Below, in pieces: positions 19,717-30,106 of a DNA stretch of 64,000 nucleotides. Source of the DNA: Patescibacteria group bacterium. Its GTDB lineage: Bacteria > Patescibacteriota > Microgenomatia > UBA8517. The translations under genes and the position numbers were made by a program. The notes beneath the pieces are model-generated. The model did not search any database, was not told where the DNA came from, and was given only the letters and a program-made list of their open reading frames with translations. The first letter of the stretch is position 1, and each line of letters starts with the position of its first letter. The DNA lies in NCBI GenBank assembly GCA_035291665.1, contig DATDRP010000001.1, positions 66,569 through 130,568 of the forward strand, written 5' to 3'.

Positions 19717-21442
19717 ATATTCATTCCTTGAAGACGCTTTGGAAACTTTCGCTACTTTCATAAGCGGCACTTGGGCGATTCTTCTAATTGTTACAACCTT
19801 TTTATTTATTTTAAAAATTCCCATGAGTATATTGAATATCATTTTTTCCATATCCGCTTCTTTGGTTTTTGTATCATGGTATGCAATTTCTAATTTTAAA
19901 AACTCATTTTGGATTTTACTTATAACATTATTATTGTTCTGTTTGACTTTCATTCCGGCTATATTTTTTTCCGGAAAAATATATGATTTATCTTACGATG
20001 GCCAGGCATATCATCAGGAGGCAATAGTCCAGCTCACTCATGGTTGGAATCCTGTCTATAAAACTCTTGAACACGAAGCTACTGCCAATTTAGAAAGGTG
20101 GCTAAATCATTACCCAAAAGCTGTTTGGATTTTGTCAACTGGAATATATGAATTAACGGGTAATATCGAGAGCGGAAAAGCTCCGTCTATGTTTATTGGA
20201 ATTCTGGCGGTAGCGTATATATTGTGGGCTTTATGGAAGGTCCAAATCCCCCTCTTTTTCAAGATCCTCGGAAGCATAGTCTTATCTATTAATCCTGTAT
20301 TTATATATCAGTCCTTAAGCTTCTATCTTGACGGTATAATGGTAAGCCTTCTTCTTTCACTAATTGCCATTTGTTTTAAAATTCTGACGGAAAATAAGAA
20401 AAGATATATTTATCCGTTCTTAAGTGTTTTTATCGTTCTGCTAAACATTAAGCTTTCGGCACCCGTATTTGCATTCATAATAGTCGGCGGTTTTATCAGT
20501 TACCTTTGGCTTAATAATCGTCCGTTCCCGGCACTCAGGTTGGTGAAATATTTATTCATAGGCAGTTTAATAGGTTTGGTTATGGTGGGGTACAACCCCT
20601 ATATCACTAATTTTGCCAGATACGGACATCCTTTATATCCGGCAATGGGAAAAAACGCGTATGATTATGTGCCCATGAACACGCCGGAAAACTATTGGAA
20701 AATACCTCCGGTTGCAAGACTCTTTTCATCCATATTTTCTGTTTCTTCATTAGCAAGAGGTCAGGGACAATTTGCGAAATTTAAGATTCCGTTTACATTT
20801 ACTTCCGAAGAACTTGACGCTTTCCATGAAACAAATGCCAAAACGGGTGGATTCGGTCCTGAATTCGGAGGAATATTTGCATTTACAATTACGGCCGTAT
20901 TGATTTATTTTGTTTTTGATTGGGGTAAACATTCCAGTATCAAAGTAAAAGAACCGGAATTTAATAGAGTTTTGTTTTCATCAAAAAAAGTTACGAGCGA
21001 GAAAATCGGGTTATTGTTTATTATACTTGCGATTATCGGAAGCGCATCTTTGGTTGATACTTCATCTGTTGCCAGGTTTGTTCCGTATGTGTGGTGGTTT
21101 CCGGGAATTGCGGCTTTGTTCTTGGCATCGAGAAGAAATATTTATGGTGTTTCTTCAGGGTTTTTGATATTGTTTTTATCAATCTTTAACCTGACTTTAA
21201 TTGCATCTTCTTATTTCCCTTACAACATTAGTGGAAGCGAAAAATTGAAAAAGCAACTCGAAACAATTCACCAAAAACAAAGTAGTCTTCCGATGAAAAT
21301 TGATTTTGCGCAATTCGGTTCAACGAAACTAAAATTGGCTAATTACCAAATAAGATACGAGGAAGTTTATAGCTTTACAAGCTGTACAAAGAGGAAGAGG
21401 ATTCTTATGTATAACATTTCGGAATTATGCGAGACCCCATAG
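19694..21442 (+). CDS. Polytopic membrane protein, possibly a GT-C-fold glycosyltransferase or polymerase
   Basis: More than 12 predicted TM helices, adjacent to the GT2 gene. The start is ambiguous (19646 or 19694). Confidence 0.45.
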   Translation: MNKRLKNKYSFLEDALETFATFISGTWAILLIVTTFLFILKIPMSILNIIFSISASLVFVSWYAISNFKNSFWILLITLLLFCLTFIPAIFFSGKIYDLSYDGQAYHQEAIVQLTHGWNPVYKTLEHEATANLERWLNHYPKAVWILSTGIYELTGNIESGKAPSMFIGILAVAYILWALWKVQIPLFFKILGSIVLSINPVFIYQSLSFYLDGIMVSLLLSLIAICFKILTENKKRYIYPFLSVFIVLLNIKLSAPVFAFIIVGGFISYLWLNNRPFPALRLVKYLFIGSLIGLVMVGYNPYITNFARYGHPLYPAMGKNAYDYVPMNTPENYWKIPPVARLFSSIFSVSSLARGQGQFAKFKIPFTFTSEELDAFHETNAKTGGFGPEFGGIFAFTITAVLIYFVFDWGKHSSIKVKEPEFNRVLFSSKKVTSEKIGLLFIILAIIGSASLVDTSSVARFVPYVWWFPGIAALFLASRRNIYGVSSGFLILFLSIFNLTLIASSYFPYNISGSEKLKKQLETIHQKQSSLPMKIDFAQFGSTKLKLANYQIRYEEVYSFTSCTKRKRILMYNISELCETP

Positions 21443-21468
21443 CGATTGAAAGAAATTGAGCTATAATA

Positions 21469-22512
21469 TCACTTGGTTTTCATGAATGTCTCCAGGTCGT
21501 GAATGCTTATGCCTGCAAAGCTTGGATTTGATTTTGCTCCTTCTATGATTTTCAAAAACGCTTTTTTTATGTCAACTCTTGATTCCCCGAAATGCGTAAT
21601 TTTCGTGTCTTTATTTTCCACCAGCTCTTGAGCAATGATGATTTTAACCGGTGTATTGTTAGCCGCCTGGAGTTCGCTTCCTGATATCTCTAAAACACCC
21701 TTATCGCCCTCAATGATATTGCGGTAGGCCATAATAACAAGGTATGGATGCTGGGCTACTGAAAGATCGGTTACTAAATTCTTTATAATAGGTTTTGATA
21801 AATATTCATTGACTTCGTCAAACCAGAAGGGGATAACAAATCCCAGCTGGACATTATCCTGATATTGATCGTTGAGGTTTTTAACTCGCTTAGCCATGTC
21901 GGACACCAATTGAAGGTAGCTTTGTACATACTCTTCCTGACTTCCAAAAAAACGTGAATCTTCATAAAACTCAATATCAAACTGGATACCGTCAAGCTTG
22001 TCATTTGGATGTTTTTGGTTGAACTCAAAAACGTGATCCACAACTATCGGCGGTATATATGAATGAGAATCATAACTATATGCTGTGAAACCTGATAATG
22101 CCTGGACAGAGATATTTTCCTTTTTTGCCTTTTGGACAACTCCCTGGAGTGAATTTTCATATTTATTCATTTTCTCAATTTTTTCAGCGCTTTCCGGCAG
22201 TTCATAGATATCGACATAGTTGTCGATATAAACATATAAAGTATTAATGTCTTCTTTTTTTGCAAATTTGATCATGTTATCAAAGTCTTTCAGAATATCT
22301 TCCGGATATTTCCAGATCCACGCGGCGATGACATAATTATTTTTTTGATCATCCAACAATTTTTCCGATTCACCCCCGTTGATATCAGGGATTACGGCTG
22401 AAAGCTGAGTTTTTTGATTTGGTCTGACAAAGTAGCTTGAAATAATTGAAAACACGATAACCAAAACCGTTATAACTCCCAGCGCAATAATTATTTTTTG
22501 AAATCTTTGCAT
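21469..22512 (-). CDS. Membrane-anchored glycoside-hydrolase-like TIM-barrel protein (GH18-like motif)
   Basis: N-terminal TM helix, then 'LDGIQFDIEFYED', which resembles the GH18 catalytic motif DGxDxDWE. It lies within the glycan cluster. Confidence 0.4.
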   Translation of the reverse strand: MQRFQKIIIALGVITVLVIVFSIISSYFVRPNQKTQLSAVIPDINGGESEKLLDDQKNNYVIAAWIWKYPEDILKDFDNMIKFAKKEDINTLYVYIDNYVDIYELPESAEKIEKMNKYENSLQGVVQKAKKENISVQALSGFTAYSYDSHSYIPPIVVDHVFEFNQKHPNDKLDGIQFDIEFYEDSRFFGSQEEYVQSYLQLVSDMAKRVKNLNDQYQDNVQLGFVIPFWFDEVNEYLSKPIIKNLVTDLSVAQHPYLVIMAYRNIIEGDKGVLEISGSELQAANNTPVKIIIAQELVENKDTKITHFGESRVDIKKAFLKIIEGAKSNPSFAGISIHDLETFMKTK

Positions 22513-22651
22513 ATCTTTAAGCTTTAATTATAACCTATTAATCAAGATCGTTTTTCTTACATAGTTCTTACATTTTATTGGTGATAATACTTAGTTTCTT
22601 CAAGAATAATAATTAAGAAGGAATAAAAAGTAATCACAAATATCCGCATTT

Positions 22652-23965
22652 ATGGGAAAACAAAACTTCAAAAGAAAAAAGATAAATTTAAAGAACGAAA
22701 AACACATAGCGGTTGTCGGGCTCGGGTATGTTGGTTTACCACTTGCAGTACTAGCGGTAGATATGGGTTATAAAGTAACAGGAATTGATGTCGATCAGGC
22801 GAAATTAAATTTAATAAAAAAAGGCTTCAGTCCATTCAAAGACGATGAATTGGAAGCAAAAATAAGAAAGCTGAAGTTTGAATTAACGTCCGATTTTGCA
22901 AAAATAAAGAATGCTTCAATAATCATTATTTGCGTACCAACGCCTGTATATGAAAATAGACTACCGAATTATGAACCGTTAAAAAGTGCTTGTACAAGCA
23001 TCGCAGCACACCTTCGTAAAGGACAATTAGTAATTTTGGAGTCAACCGTAAATCCCGGAGTTTGTGAAGAAATAGTTATACCGATTGTAGAGGAAGTATC
23101 CCACCTTGCTGCAGGAGAATTTATGTTAGCACATGTTCCCGAAAGGATCAATCCAGGGGACAAAAATTGGAATGTGTCAAATATCCCAAGGGTAGTCGGA
23201 GGATATGATGCAAAAAGTACACAAACAGCACTTACTTTTTATCGTTCGATTCTCTCCGCACCTTTGAAAAAAATGGGTAATCTTAAGGAAGCGGAAGCGG
23301 TAAAAGTTGTTGAAAATTCATTCCGAAATGTAAATATTGCTTTTGTTAATGAACTTGCCCAGTCTTTTTCCAAATTGGGAATCGATGTGGTTCATGTTAT
23401 TGACGGAGCTTCGACTAAGCCTTTTGCATTTATGCCTCATTATCCCGGATGCGGTGTTGGCGGACACTGTATCCCGGTTGATCCGTATTATCTCATCGAT
23501 TATGCAAAGAAAAATGGATATTCCCATAAATTTCTTTCCTTAGCCTGCAAGGTAAATGAAGAAATGCCGGAATATACAGTCGATTTATATCGACAGGAAA
23601 TTAAAAAATTAGGTAAAAACATGAGGGGTTCAAAAGCCGTGGTATTGGGTCTTTCTTATAAATCCGATATTGACGACACGCGTGAGAGCCCATCATTGAA
23701 TATAGTGAAGCTTCTTAAGAAATACGGAGTACACGTTAAAACATATGATCCTTATGTGCAAAACGGTAGCCATATAAAAAATTTGAACGATGCTATTGAA
23801 AACGTTGATGCGGTAATTGTTGCCACAAACCACAAGGAATTCTTGAACCTGGAAGCAAAAGAACTGATAAAAAACCATGTCGGTATTGTGATTGACGGAA
23901 GGAACTGTCTTGAGAAGGAAGATTTCATTAGAGAAGGGGTTCTATATCGGGGGATCGGAAGGTAA
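22652..23965 (+). CDS. Nucleotide-sugar dehydrogenase (UDP-glucose / UDP-N-acetyl-mannosamine 6-dehydrogenase family)
   Basis: Rossmann fold 'IAVVGLGYVGLPLAV' and a catalytic-Cys region 'GCGVGGHCIPVDPYYL'. Confidence 0.85.
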   Translation: MGKQNFKRKKINLKNEKHIAVVGLGYVGLPLAVLAVDMGYKVTGIDVDQAKLNLIKKGFSPFKDDELEAKIRKLKFELTSDFAKIKNASIIIICVPTPVYENRLPNYEPLKSACTSIAAHLRKGQLVILESTVNPGVCEEIVIPIVEEVSHLAAGEFMLAHVPERINPGDKNWNVSNIPRVVGGYDAKSTQTALTFYRSILSAPLKKMGNLKEAEAVKVVENSFRNVNIAFVNELAQSFSKLGIDVVHVIDGASTKPFAFMPHYPGCGVGGHCIPVDPYYLIDYAKKNGYSHKFLSLACKVNEEMPEYTVDLYRQEIKKLGKNMRGSKAVVLGLSYKSDIDDTRESPSLNIVKLLKKYGVHVKTYDPYVQNGSHIKNLNDAIENVDAVIVATNHKEFLNLEAKELIKNHVGIVIDGRNCLEKEDFIREGVLYRGIGR

Positions 23966-24122
23966 AAATCGTGGGTTTTTTGAGACGCACTCATTTTTAT
24001 GCAATAAAACTCACATTAAGAATGTGATTTAGAAGACAGAATTAAATCAATAATTTTTGTTTATATTAAATGGTAAATATCATAAAAGATTATTTAAAAA
24101 GGAAAGGAGGTGATATAAATAT

Positions 24123-25760
24123 ATGAAATTTAACAAACTTTCCAAGATATTTTTAGTTTTAAGCTTTTTTGTTTTTATGGTGTTTTCGGTAAGACCGGCA
24201 AGTGCTGATAATGACCCTGCCGGTTGTACTCTAAATTCTGCCGGGGTTGCAATCGGTGTTTTTAGAGCAGACGGCGTTACTCCTGTTGTTGGAACAGTTC
24301 AATCAGGAGAAACAATCAGATATCAATCCACACTTTTCAATGGACCAGCACCTACGTTTTGTAACTTTTCCGGAGGAACACTTGTGATCACAACTCCTGA
24401 CGGAGCTGTGCATGATGTGACCCCGGGTGGAGGAATTCCATTGGTTACAGACGGCGGTCCATTCCTCTCAGCCTTGGTGAATTATGCTGTAAGTGAGGGA
24501 GATGTCAGTGGTGGTTCACTACAAGCGACAACACAGTATACGAATGGCGAGTCGCATTTGGGTGAAAGTCATCAGCAAGCAAATGCAGGTCCCAACGGGA
24601 TAGCTGTAGCTTATGAAGATGTTAACGTTGAAGTAGAAAAAGATGCTAATCCATCTTTTGACAGCGAATGTACTTGGACCATCGACAAATCAGTTGATGT
24701 TGTCCAGCACGATTTGACAACCGGAGATAGCGGAACTTCAAATTATGATGTTCTAGTGTCTTCCGATTGTACGGATACTAATTTTGCTGCTACCGGAACG
24801 ATAACTGTACATAATCCGGCATTGTTTGCGGATGCAATTGTTGCGAGCCTCGATGATGATGTAAGCGGGGTTGTCGCGACAGTTGATTGTACGGGAGATC
24901 CTTCATTTGTGGGGTTTCCTCATACATTGGCACCGGGTGAGACATTAACATGTACTTATTCGGCGTCTCTACCTGATGGCGATCCGAGAACTAATACAGC
25001 CACAGCTACAACTAGTGGCGATGTCGGTGGTGGAGAAGGTACGGCACAAGTTGATTTCACCGGAGTTGATCCGACTGATACGACTCTTGCCGATGTAACT
25101 GTCGAAGACACATTTGCCGGTGCGCTGGGTGGTTGTAACGCATTCGATGAGGATGGCTCTTGCTTATTTGAATATGCAAGAACATTCACCTGTGATCAGG
25201 ATGCGGGACAACATGATAACACAGCGACTATTGTTGAAACTGGCCAATCGGATAGTGAGTCAGTAGTAGTTACGTGTACACCGCCAGTTTTGGGTTGTAC
25301 ATTAACTCAAGGGTATTGGAAAACACATTCCGATCAAGGACCAGCCCCATACGATTCTGAAGGTTGGGGAGGGTTAGGAGATTTTGATGGCGATACAGTA
25401 AATGAGGAAGAGGCTGAAGCCTTCTACTCAAGCGGTAAATCTTGGCTGCAGGTGTTTAACACCGCACCCAAGGGAAACGCGTATTACATTCTTGCCCATC
25501 AATATATGGCAGCGGTTTTGAATGCAGCAACCGGCGCAAATGTACCGTCTGAGGTACAGGACGCTATGGATGATGCAGCCGCATTATTTGGTACATATAC
25601 TCCGGCACAAGTTGCAGCCATGAAGGGTAATAATCCCGTCAGGCAACAATTTGTAAATCTGGCAGGAGTTTTGGGTGATTATAATGAAGGAACTATCGGT
25701 CCAGGACACTGTACTGATGGAAATTCTTCTACACCAACGCCGCCAGGCGGTGAGGTGTAG
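24123..25760 (+). CDS. Secreted T/G/D-rich surface protein, GC-elevated
   Basis: Signal peptide 'MKFNKLSKIFLVLSFFVFMVFSVRPASA', Thr/Gly/Asp/Val-rich beta-type repeats, and a distinct C-terminal domain 'GYWKTHSD...'. Its GC is visibly above its neighbours. Confidence 0.5.
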   Translation: MKFNKLSKIFLVLSFFVFMVFSVRPASADNDPAGCTLNSAGVAIGVFRADGVTPVVGTVQSGETIRYQSTLFNGPAPTFCNFSGGTLVITTPDGAVHDVTPGGGIPLVTDGGPFLSALVNYAVSEGDVSGGSLQATTQYTNGESHLGESHQQANAGPNGIAVAYEDVNVEVEKDANPSFDSECTWTIDKSVDVVQHDLTTGDSGTSNYDVLVSSDCTDTNFAATGTITVHNPALFADAIVASLDDDVSGVVATVDCTGDPSFVGFPHTLAPGETLTCTYSASLPDGDPRTNTATATTSGDVGGGEGTAQVDFTGVDPTDTTLADVTVEDTFAGALGGCNAFDEDGSCLFEYARTFTCDQDAGQHDNTATIVETGQSDSESVVVTCTPPVLGCTLTQGYWKTHSDQGPAPYDSEGWGGLGDFDGDTVNEEEAEAFYSSGKSWLQVFNTAPKGNAYYILAHQYMAAVLNAATGANVPSEVQDAMDDAAALFGTYTPAQVAAMKGNNPVRQQFVNLAGVLGDYNEGTIGPGHCTDGNSSTPTPPGGEV

Positions 25761-25795
25761 TTTGTACTATTTGTAGTCACAATAACTTACGATTT

Positions 25796-25822
25796 GGGGG
25801 AGATCAAAAATCTCCCCCTTTA
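25796..25822 (+). terminator. Rho-independent terminator
   Basis: 'GGGGGAGATcaaaaATCTCCCCC' followed by TTTAT, directly after the 24123-25760 gene. Confidence 0.55.
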
Positions 25823-25886
25823 TCGTGTCTGAAATAAGAAAATACAAAAGTTTTAAGTTTTTGAAGGTTTATTAATTTGAAATATT

Positions 25887-26684
25887 TCAGATTGTTTTAA
25901 CAAAACCAATTGCTTTCCCTTTTTGAGTATAAAGTTTCCGATCAGAATCTAATGCAAACGTTCCGGTTGGGTTGGGATTGTTCCAGACAAGGATACGCTT
26001 TTCGGAATCTCCGAGACCGCTGTTTAAAGCCTCAGCAGTTTTACCTGTTAGCGCAATAATATCAGGAACTTGACCCGCTACAGATTGAATATTGGAACTA
26101 TCGGGGGAGGAAGTTGTGTTACCCGGCGTATCAATCCGTAGTGCAACATTTACTCCGTCAAGATAGACAACTCCCTCTAAAGTATTGTCGAAAGGTAGAG
26201 CTAACATTTTGGAGTTATCAATACTCCGTTTTCCCAGAAAAAACTCCATTTTCATTCGCTTATCATTAACAGTTAAAAAGTATCCGTTTTTACTGTCAAG
26301 TAAAATGTAGTGGGGTCCGCTAGTCGTTCTGTTAAGTTTATCAAGAGCGGCCGTGATGGCATCTTTACCGATTGAATCAATTCCGCCTGCGATCATTAAG
26401 CGCGCGTTTACACCTGCTCTGGTTGAATTCGTATCCGGAAAATGATTGACCTCCAGATCAACATAAGCTTTTGCCACCCTGTCGCCAACGTTGGACTGGG
26501 CAAAGACCAATTGTCCGGAAACATTTGAATTTTCACCTTTTTGATTCTCAACTGCCTGGTGGAGATTGGTAAGCGCGGTTTCAGCGCTTTTCGAACCGAG
26601 TTCGGGAGGAAGAATTGAAACCACCTCTGCATCTTTATTTTCGTCAGCCATAAATCGATTATAACAGTTTTCAGGAAAACCCAA
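25887..26684 (-). CDS. Hypothetical protein, GC-elevated
   Basis: A 265-aa product with no recognised motif; it is convergent with the secreted protein gene. Confidence 0.35.
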   Translation of the reverse strand: MGFPENCYNRFMADENKDAEVVSILPPELGSKSAETALTNLHQAVENQKGENSNVSGQLVFAQSNVGDRVAKAYVDLEVNHFPDTNSTRAGVNARLMIAGGIDSIGKDAITAALDKLNRTTSGPHYILLDSKNGYFLTVNDKRMKMEFFLGKRSIDNSKMLALPFDNTLEGVVYLDGVNVALRIDTPGNTTSSPDSSNIQSVAGQVPDIIALTGKTAEALNSGLGDSEKRILVWNNPNPTGTFALDSDRKLYTQKGKAIGFVKTI

Positions 26685-26819
26685 CTCAGATGGAATGTCG
26701 CCGACTCAGATCTCCGGTTCTTGAGTACCTTTGGTTCGGGGAAGAGTTATCTGATTCAGGGGGGATGTCATAAACATTTCAACAGAAAATAGTATAATTG
26801 GTTGTAAATTAAGATCTGT

Positions 26820-27560
26820 ATGGATATTAAGAACAAAGTTGTACTTATTACGGGTTCTTCAAGCGGTATTGGTAAAGCAACTGCAATTCGTTTTGCTGAG
26901 GAAGGTGCAAAAATTGTAATTAATTACCACATAAACGAAAAGGGTGGTAAAGAAACTCTCAATGAAATAAAGAAAATAACTCCTGATGTAGTTTTAGTTA
27001 AAGCCGATGTTTCAAAAACCGAAGACGTAGATAATCTTTTTAAGGAAACAATAGACAAATTCGGAACTATTGATATTTTGATAAATAATGCGGGGATTGG
27101 TACAGATAAAGTTCCTTTTATGGAAGCAAAACACGAGGATTTGTCTGAAATGATTAATACTAATTTAGTAGGTCCGATGATTTGCTCACAAAAGGCGATA
27201 AAAATTATGGAGAAGCAAGGATTCGGAAAGATATTAAATACGACTTCTATTAGAGGATCGGAACACGGTGGCAGAGCGCCGGTTTATGCGGCTACTAAGG
27301 CAGCGTTAAATAGTTTTACAAAGACTCTTTCAAAACAGGTGGCTCCACACATTCAGGTAAACGCAGTAGCACCAGGATTTGTTAAGACTAGATCTTATGA
27401 CAATATGACCCAGGAAATGGTTGACGGTTTTATAAATCAAACCTATCTTAAAAGATGGGTGACGGTAGATGAGATTGCAGATGCGTTTGTATTTTTAGTT
27501 AAGAATGATGCCATGACTGGGCAAGTTATATATGTTGATGCTGGTTTTACACTTAAATAG
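26820..27560 (+). CDS. SDR-family oxidoreductase (FabG-like)
   Basis: 'VVLITGSSSGIGKATA', 'NNAG' and the YxxxK motif as 'YAATKAAL'. Confidence 0.85.
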   Translation: MDIKNKVVLITGSSSGIGKATAIRFAEEGAKIVINYHINEKGGKETLNEIKKITPDVVLVKADVSKTEDVDNLFKETIDKFGTIDILINNAGIGTDKVPFMEAKHEDLSEMINTNLVGPMICSQKAIKIMEKQGFGKILNTTSIRGSEHGGRAPVYAATKAALNSFTKTLSKQVAPHIQVNAVAPGFVKTRSYDNMTQEMVDGFINQTYLKRWVTVDEIADAFVFLVKNDAMTGQVIYVDAGFTLK

Positions 27561-27567
27561 ATAATAA

Positions 27568-28512
27568 ATGAAAATTGCAGTATTTTGTCCAAAATCGGAA
27601 TTTTCGGAAGAGAATCAAAAAAGATTAGCTTCTTTGGGTGAAGTTGTTTACACAGATACCAGAAAAGAACTTAAATTGAGTGATTTAAAGGCACTTGCGT
27701 CAAATGCTGATATTATTGCGATAGATCCCGATAACTTCGGTGGTTTTGAGAAAGCAAAAGATGTTGTTACAAAGTTAGTGGAAACGCTTCCCAAATTAAA
27801 AGGCGTTGCATTATCAACAACCTCATATGGGTGGGTGGATTTAGATTATTTCAAGAAGAGAAACATTCTGGTTTCAAATGTCCCCGGGTATTCCAGAGAA
27901 TCAGTTGCAGAACATGCAATAGCGCTTCTTTTATGTCTCGCGAAAAGAATTATAGTAACAGACAGAAAGATTCAAAAGGGACAGTATAAATTGGAAAGGG
28001 GATTTGAGCTTAAGGGGAAAACCTTAGGAATAATTGGACTTGGGAATATCGGCAGCCGAGTCGCAGAGATGGCACTTGGAATCGGAATGAAAGTAATTTC
28101 TTACAATCCTTCTCCCAGAAACCAGAAAGGGGTAGAGATGAAATCATTAGATGGATTATTTAAAGAATCCGATGCAATATCCCTACATACCAGAGATTAT
28201 GAAGGGGTTAAAGGTTTGATTAATAAAGAGGCCATCGAAAAGATGAAAAATGGTGTGGTTATCGTAAACACTGTCGATAGGACCTTGGTTAATGAAGAAG
28301 ATATGGCCAAAGCGATTAGAGACGGAAAAGTGTACGGATACGCTTACGAAGCAGAGGATTTGGAAAATATCCCTCTTGCAGGTGTGGAGGGAGCTGTTGG
28401 GATAAGGGGATTTGGTTGGTATACAAAAGAAGCTTTGGAAAACATGTTTAAAATCTGGGTTGATAATATTGAAGCTATTGTTAATGATGAATCTCAAAAT
28501 ATAGTAAATTAA
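27568..28512 (+). CDS. D-isomer-specific 2-hydroxyacid dehydrogenase
   Basis: NAD-binding 'GKTLGIIGLGNIGSRVA' with a catalytic His/Glu region. Confidence 0.85.
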   Translation: MKIAVFCPKSEFSEENQKRLASLGEVVYTDTRKELKLSDLKALASNADIIAIDPDNFGGFEKAKDVVTKLVETLPKLKGVALSTTSYGWVDLDYFKKRNILVSNVPGYSRESVAEHAIALLLCLAKRIIVTDRKIQKGQYKLERGFELKGKTLGIIGLGNIGSRVAEMALGIGMKVISYNPSPRNQKGVEMKSLDGLFKESDAISLHTRDYEGVKGLINKEAIEKMKNGVVIVNTVDRTLVNEEDMAKAIRDGKVYGYAYEAEDLENIPLAGVEGAVGIRGFGWYTKEALENMFKIWVDNIEAIVNDESQNIVN

Positions 28513-28515
28513 AAG

Positions 28516-29565
28516 ATGAGAAAACCGCTTCACGAATTAAATATACACGACTTTTTCCATTACTCTAGGGGTAAAAATAATAATATTACTGATGTCTCAG
28601 GAATTAAGGTCGGACACTCAACAATTATTAAAGGTGAAAATGTCAGAACGGGTGTCACCACTGTTATTGCCGAAGGTGTCTTTGAAAATGATTTAGCCGC
28701 AGGTGGATTTGCTTTTAATGCAAATGGTGAATTCACCGGATTACAGTACGTTTTTGAAGAAGGAAAATTGTATTGTCCTATTTTTCTCACAAATACAATT
28801 TCTCTAAGCGATGTCTGCACATACGTAATAGATTATTACAAACCTAAATTGGCACTTCCCTTAATTGGTGAATGTTGGGACGGATGGTTAAACGATATTT
28901 GGGGTAGACATGTCAAAAAAGAGAATGTTATCGAAGCAATAGAATCTGCAAAATCCGGAAAAGTTGAACAGGGCTGTGTTGGTGCCGGAACGGGAATGAC
29001 TTCTTTTGGTTTTAAATCAGGAATAGGCACCTCTTCGCGAAAAGTAAAAGTGTTGGACAAAGAATATACGGTAGGTATTTTGGTAAATAATAATATGGGC
29101 CATGAGGATGGCAGGCATAAATACCTCAGGATTGCAGGTATAGATTATTCAAAATTATTTGGTATTTACGAAGAAGAAGAAAAAAACGATCCTGGTGTAA
29201 GAAAAAACAACTCTTCGATTATGATAATTGCGACTGACGCTCCATTGGATCACCGGCAACTTAATCGTTTGTCGAAACACGCAGTTTTCGGTTTTGCTCG
29301 AGCTGGTTTGGTTTCTTACACAGGAAGTGGCGATTTTGTACTTGCCTTTTCCACCGGGAATAGATTTCCTCGGAGGGATACGAAAGTTGAATATCAAGCG
29401 ACAAAGTTAGAGGAAACATTAATGGATGATATTTTTGAGGCTACGATCGAGGCTGTTGAGGAATCTTATCTTAACTCTCTATTAATGGCAGAAGATATGA
29501 AGGGAAGAGATGGCCACTTTATTAAAGGATTGCCTGTAGAGAAATTGCTTGAAAAAATAAGGTGA
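28516..29565 (+). CDS. Peptidase S58 (DmpA/L-aminopeptidase-D-esterase) family protein
   Basis: 'GIKVGH...TGVTVI' and 'GAGTGM', the Ntn-hydrolase DmpA pattern. Confidence 0.65.
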   Translation: MRKPLHELNIHDFFHYSRGKNNNITDVSGIKVGHSTIIKGENVRTGVTTVIAEGVFENDLAAGGFAFNANGEFTGLQYVFEEGKLYCPIFLTNTISLSDVCTYVIDYYKPKLALPLIGECWDGWLNDIWGRHVKKENVIEAIESAKSGKVEQGCVGAGTGMTSFGFKSGIGTSSRKVKVLDKEYTVGILVNNNMGHEDGRHKYLRIAGIDYSKLFGIYEEEEKNDPGVRKNNSSIMIIATDAPLDHRQLNRLSKHAVFGFARAGLVSYTGSGDFVLAFSTGNRFPRRDTKVEYQATKLEETLMDDIFEATIEAVEESYLNSLLMAEDMKGRDGHFIKGLPVEKLLEKIR

Positions 29566-29611
29566 ATGTTGACATGGAACAAACAGAGGAGATTGAGGTG
29601 AAAAAATAGAT

Positions 29612-30106
29612 ATGAAAATTGCAATTATGTCAGATTCCCACGATAGGTGGGACAACTTAGAAAAAGCAGTGAAGTTGGCAAATGAGAATGATTGTAAAAT
29701 CTTACTCTTTGCAGGGGACTTTTGTGCTCCAACAGGAATACCGGTTCTCGAAAAGTTCAACGGGGATGTTAAATTTGTTTGGGGAAATAATGAAGCTGAG
29801 AAGATGGGATTGACCAGAAAATGTGACGCTTCAAAGAAAATTCAGTTATGCGGGAATATTTTTGAGGGAGTGTTTGATGGAGTGAAAATATTTATGAACC
29901 ATTATCCCAGAATTTCCGAATTAGCAGCAAAATCAGGTGAATTTGATCTTTGTATATATGGGCATCTTCACGAATATCACGAAGAGAAGGTGAATAAATG
30001 TTTATTGGTAAATCCCGGTGAAATCCAAGGATTTGCATCAGGAAATGTAACCTTTATGATTTACGATACGAAGAAAAATGAAATTAAAAAGATAAATGTA
30101 AAATGA
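29612..30106 (+). CDS. Metallophosphoesterase (YfcE/MJ0936 family)
   Basis: 'IAIMSDSHDRWDN', 'LFAGDF', 'GNNE' and 'GHLH'. Confidence 0.8.
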   Translation: MKIAIMSDSHDRWDNLEKAVKLANENDCKILLFAGDFCAPTGIPVLEKFNGDVKFVWGNNEAEKMGLTRKCDASKKIQLCGNIFEGVFDGVKIFMNHYPRISELAAKSGEFDLCIYGHLHEYHEEKVNKCLLVNPGEIQGFASGNVTFMIYDTKKNEIKKINVK

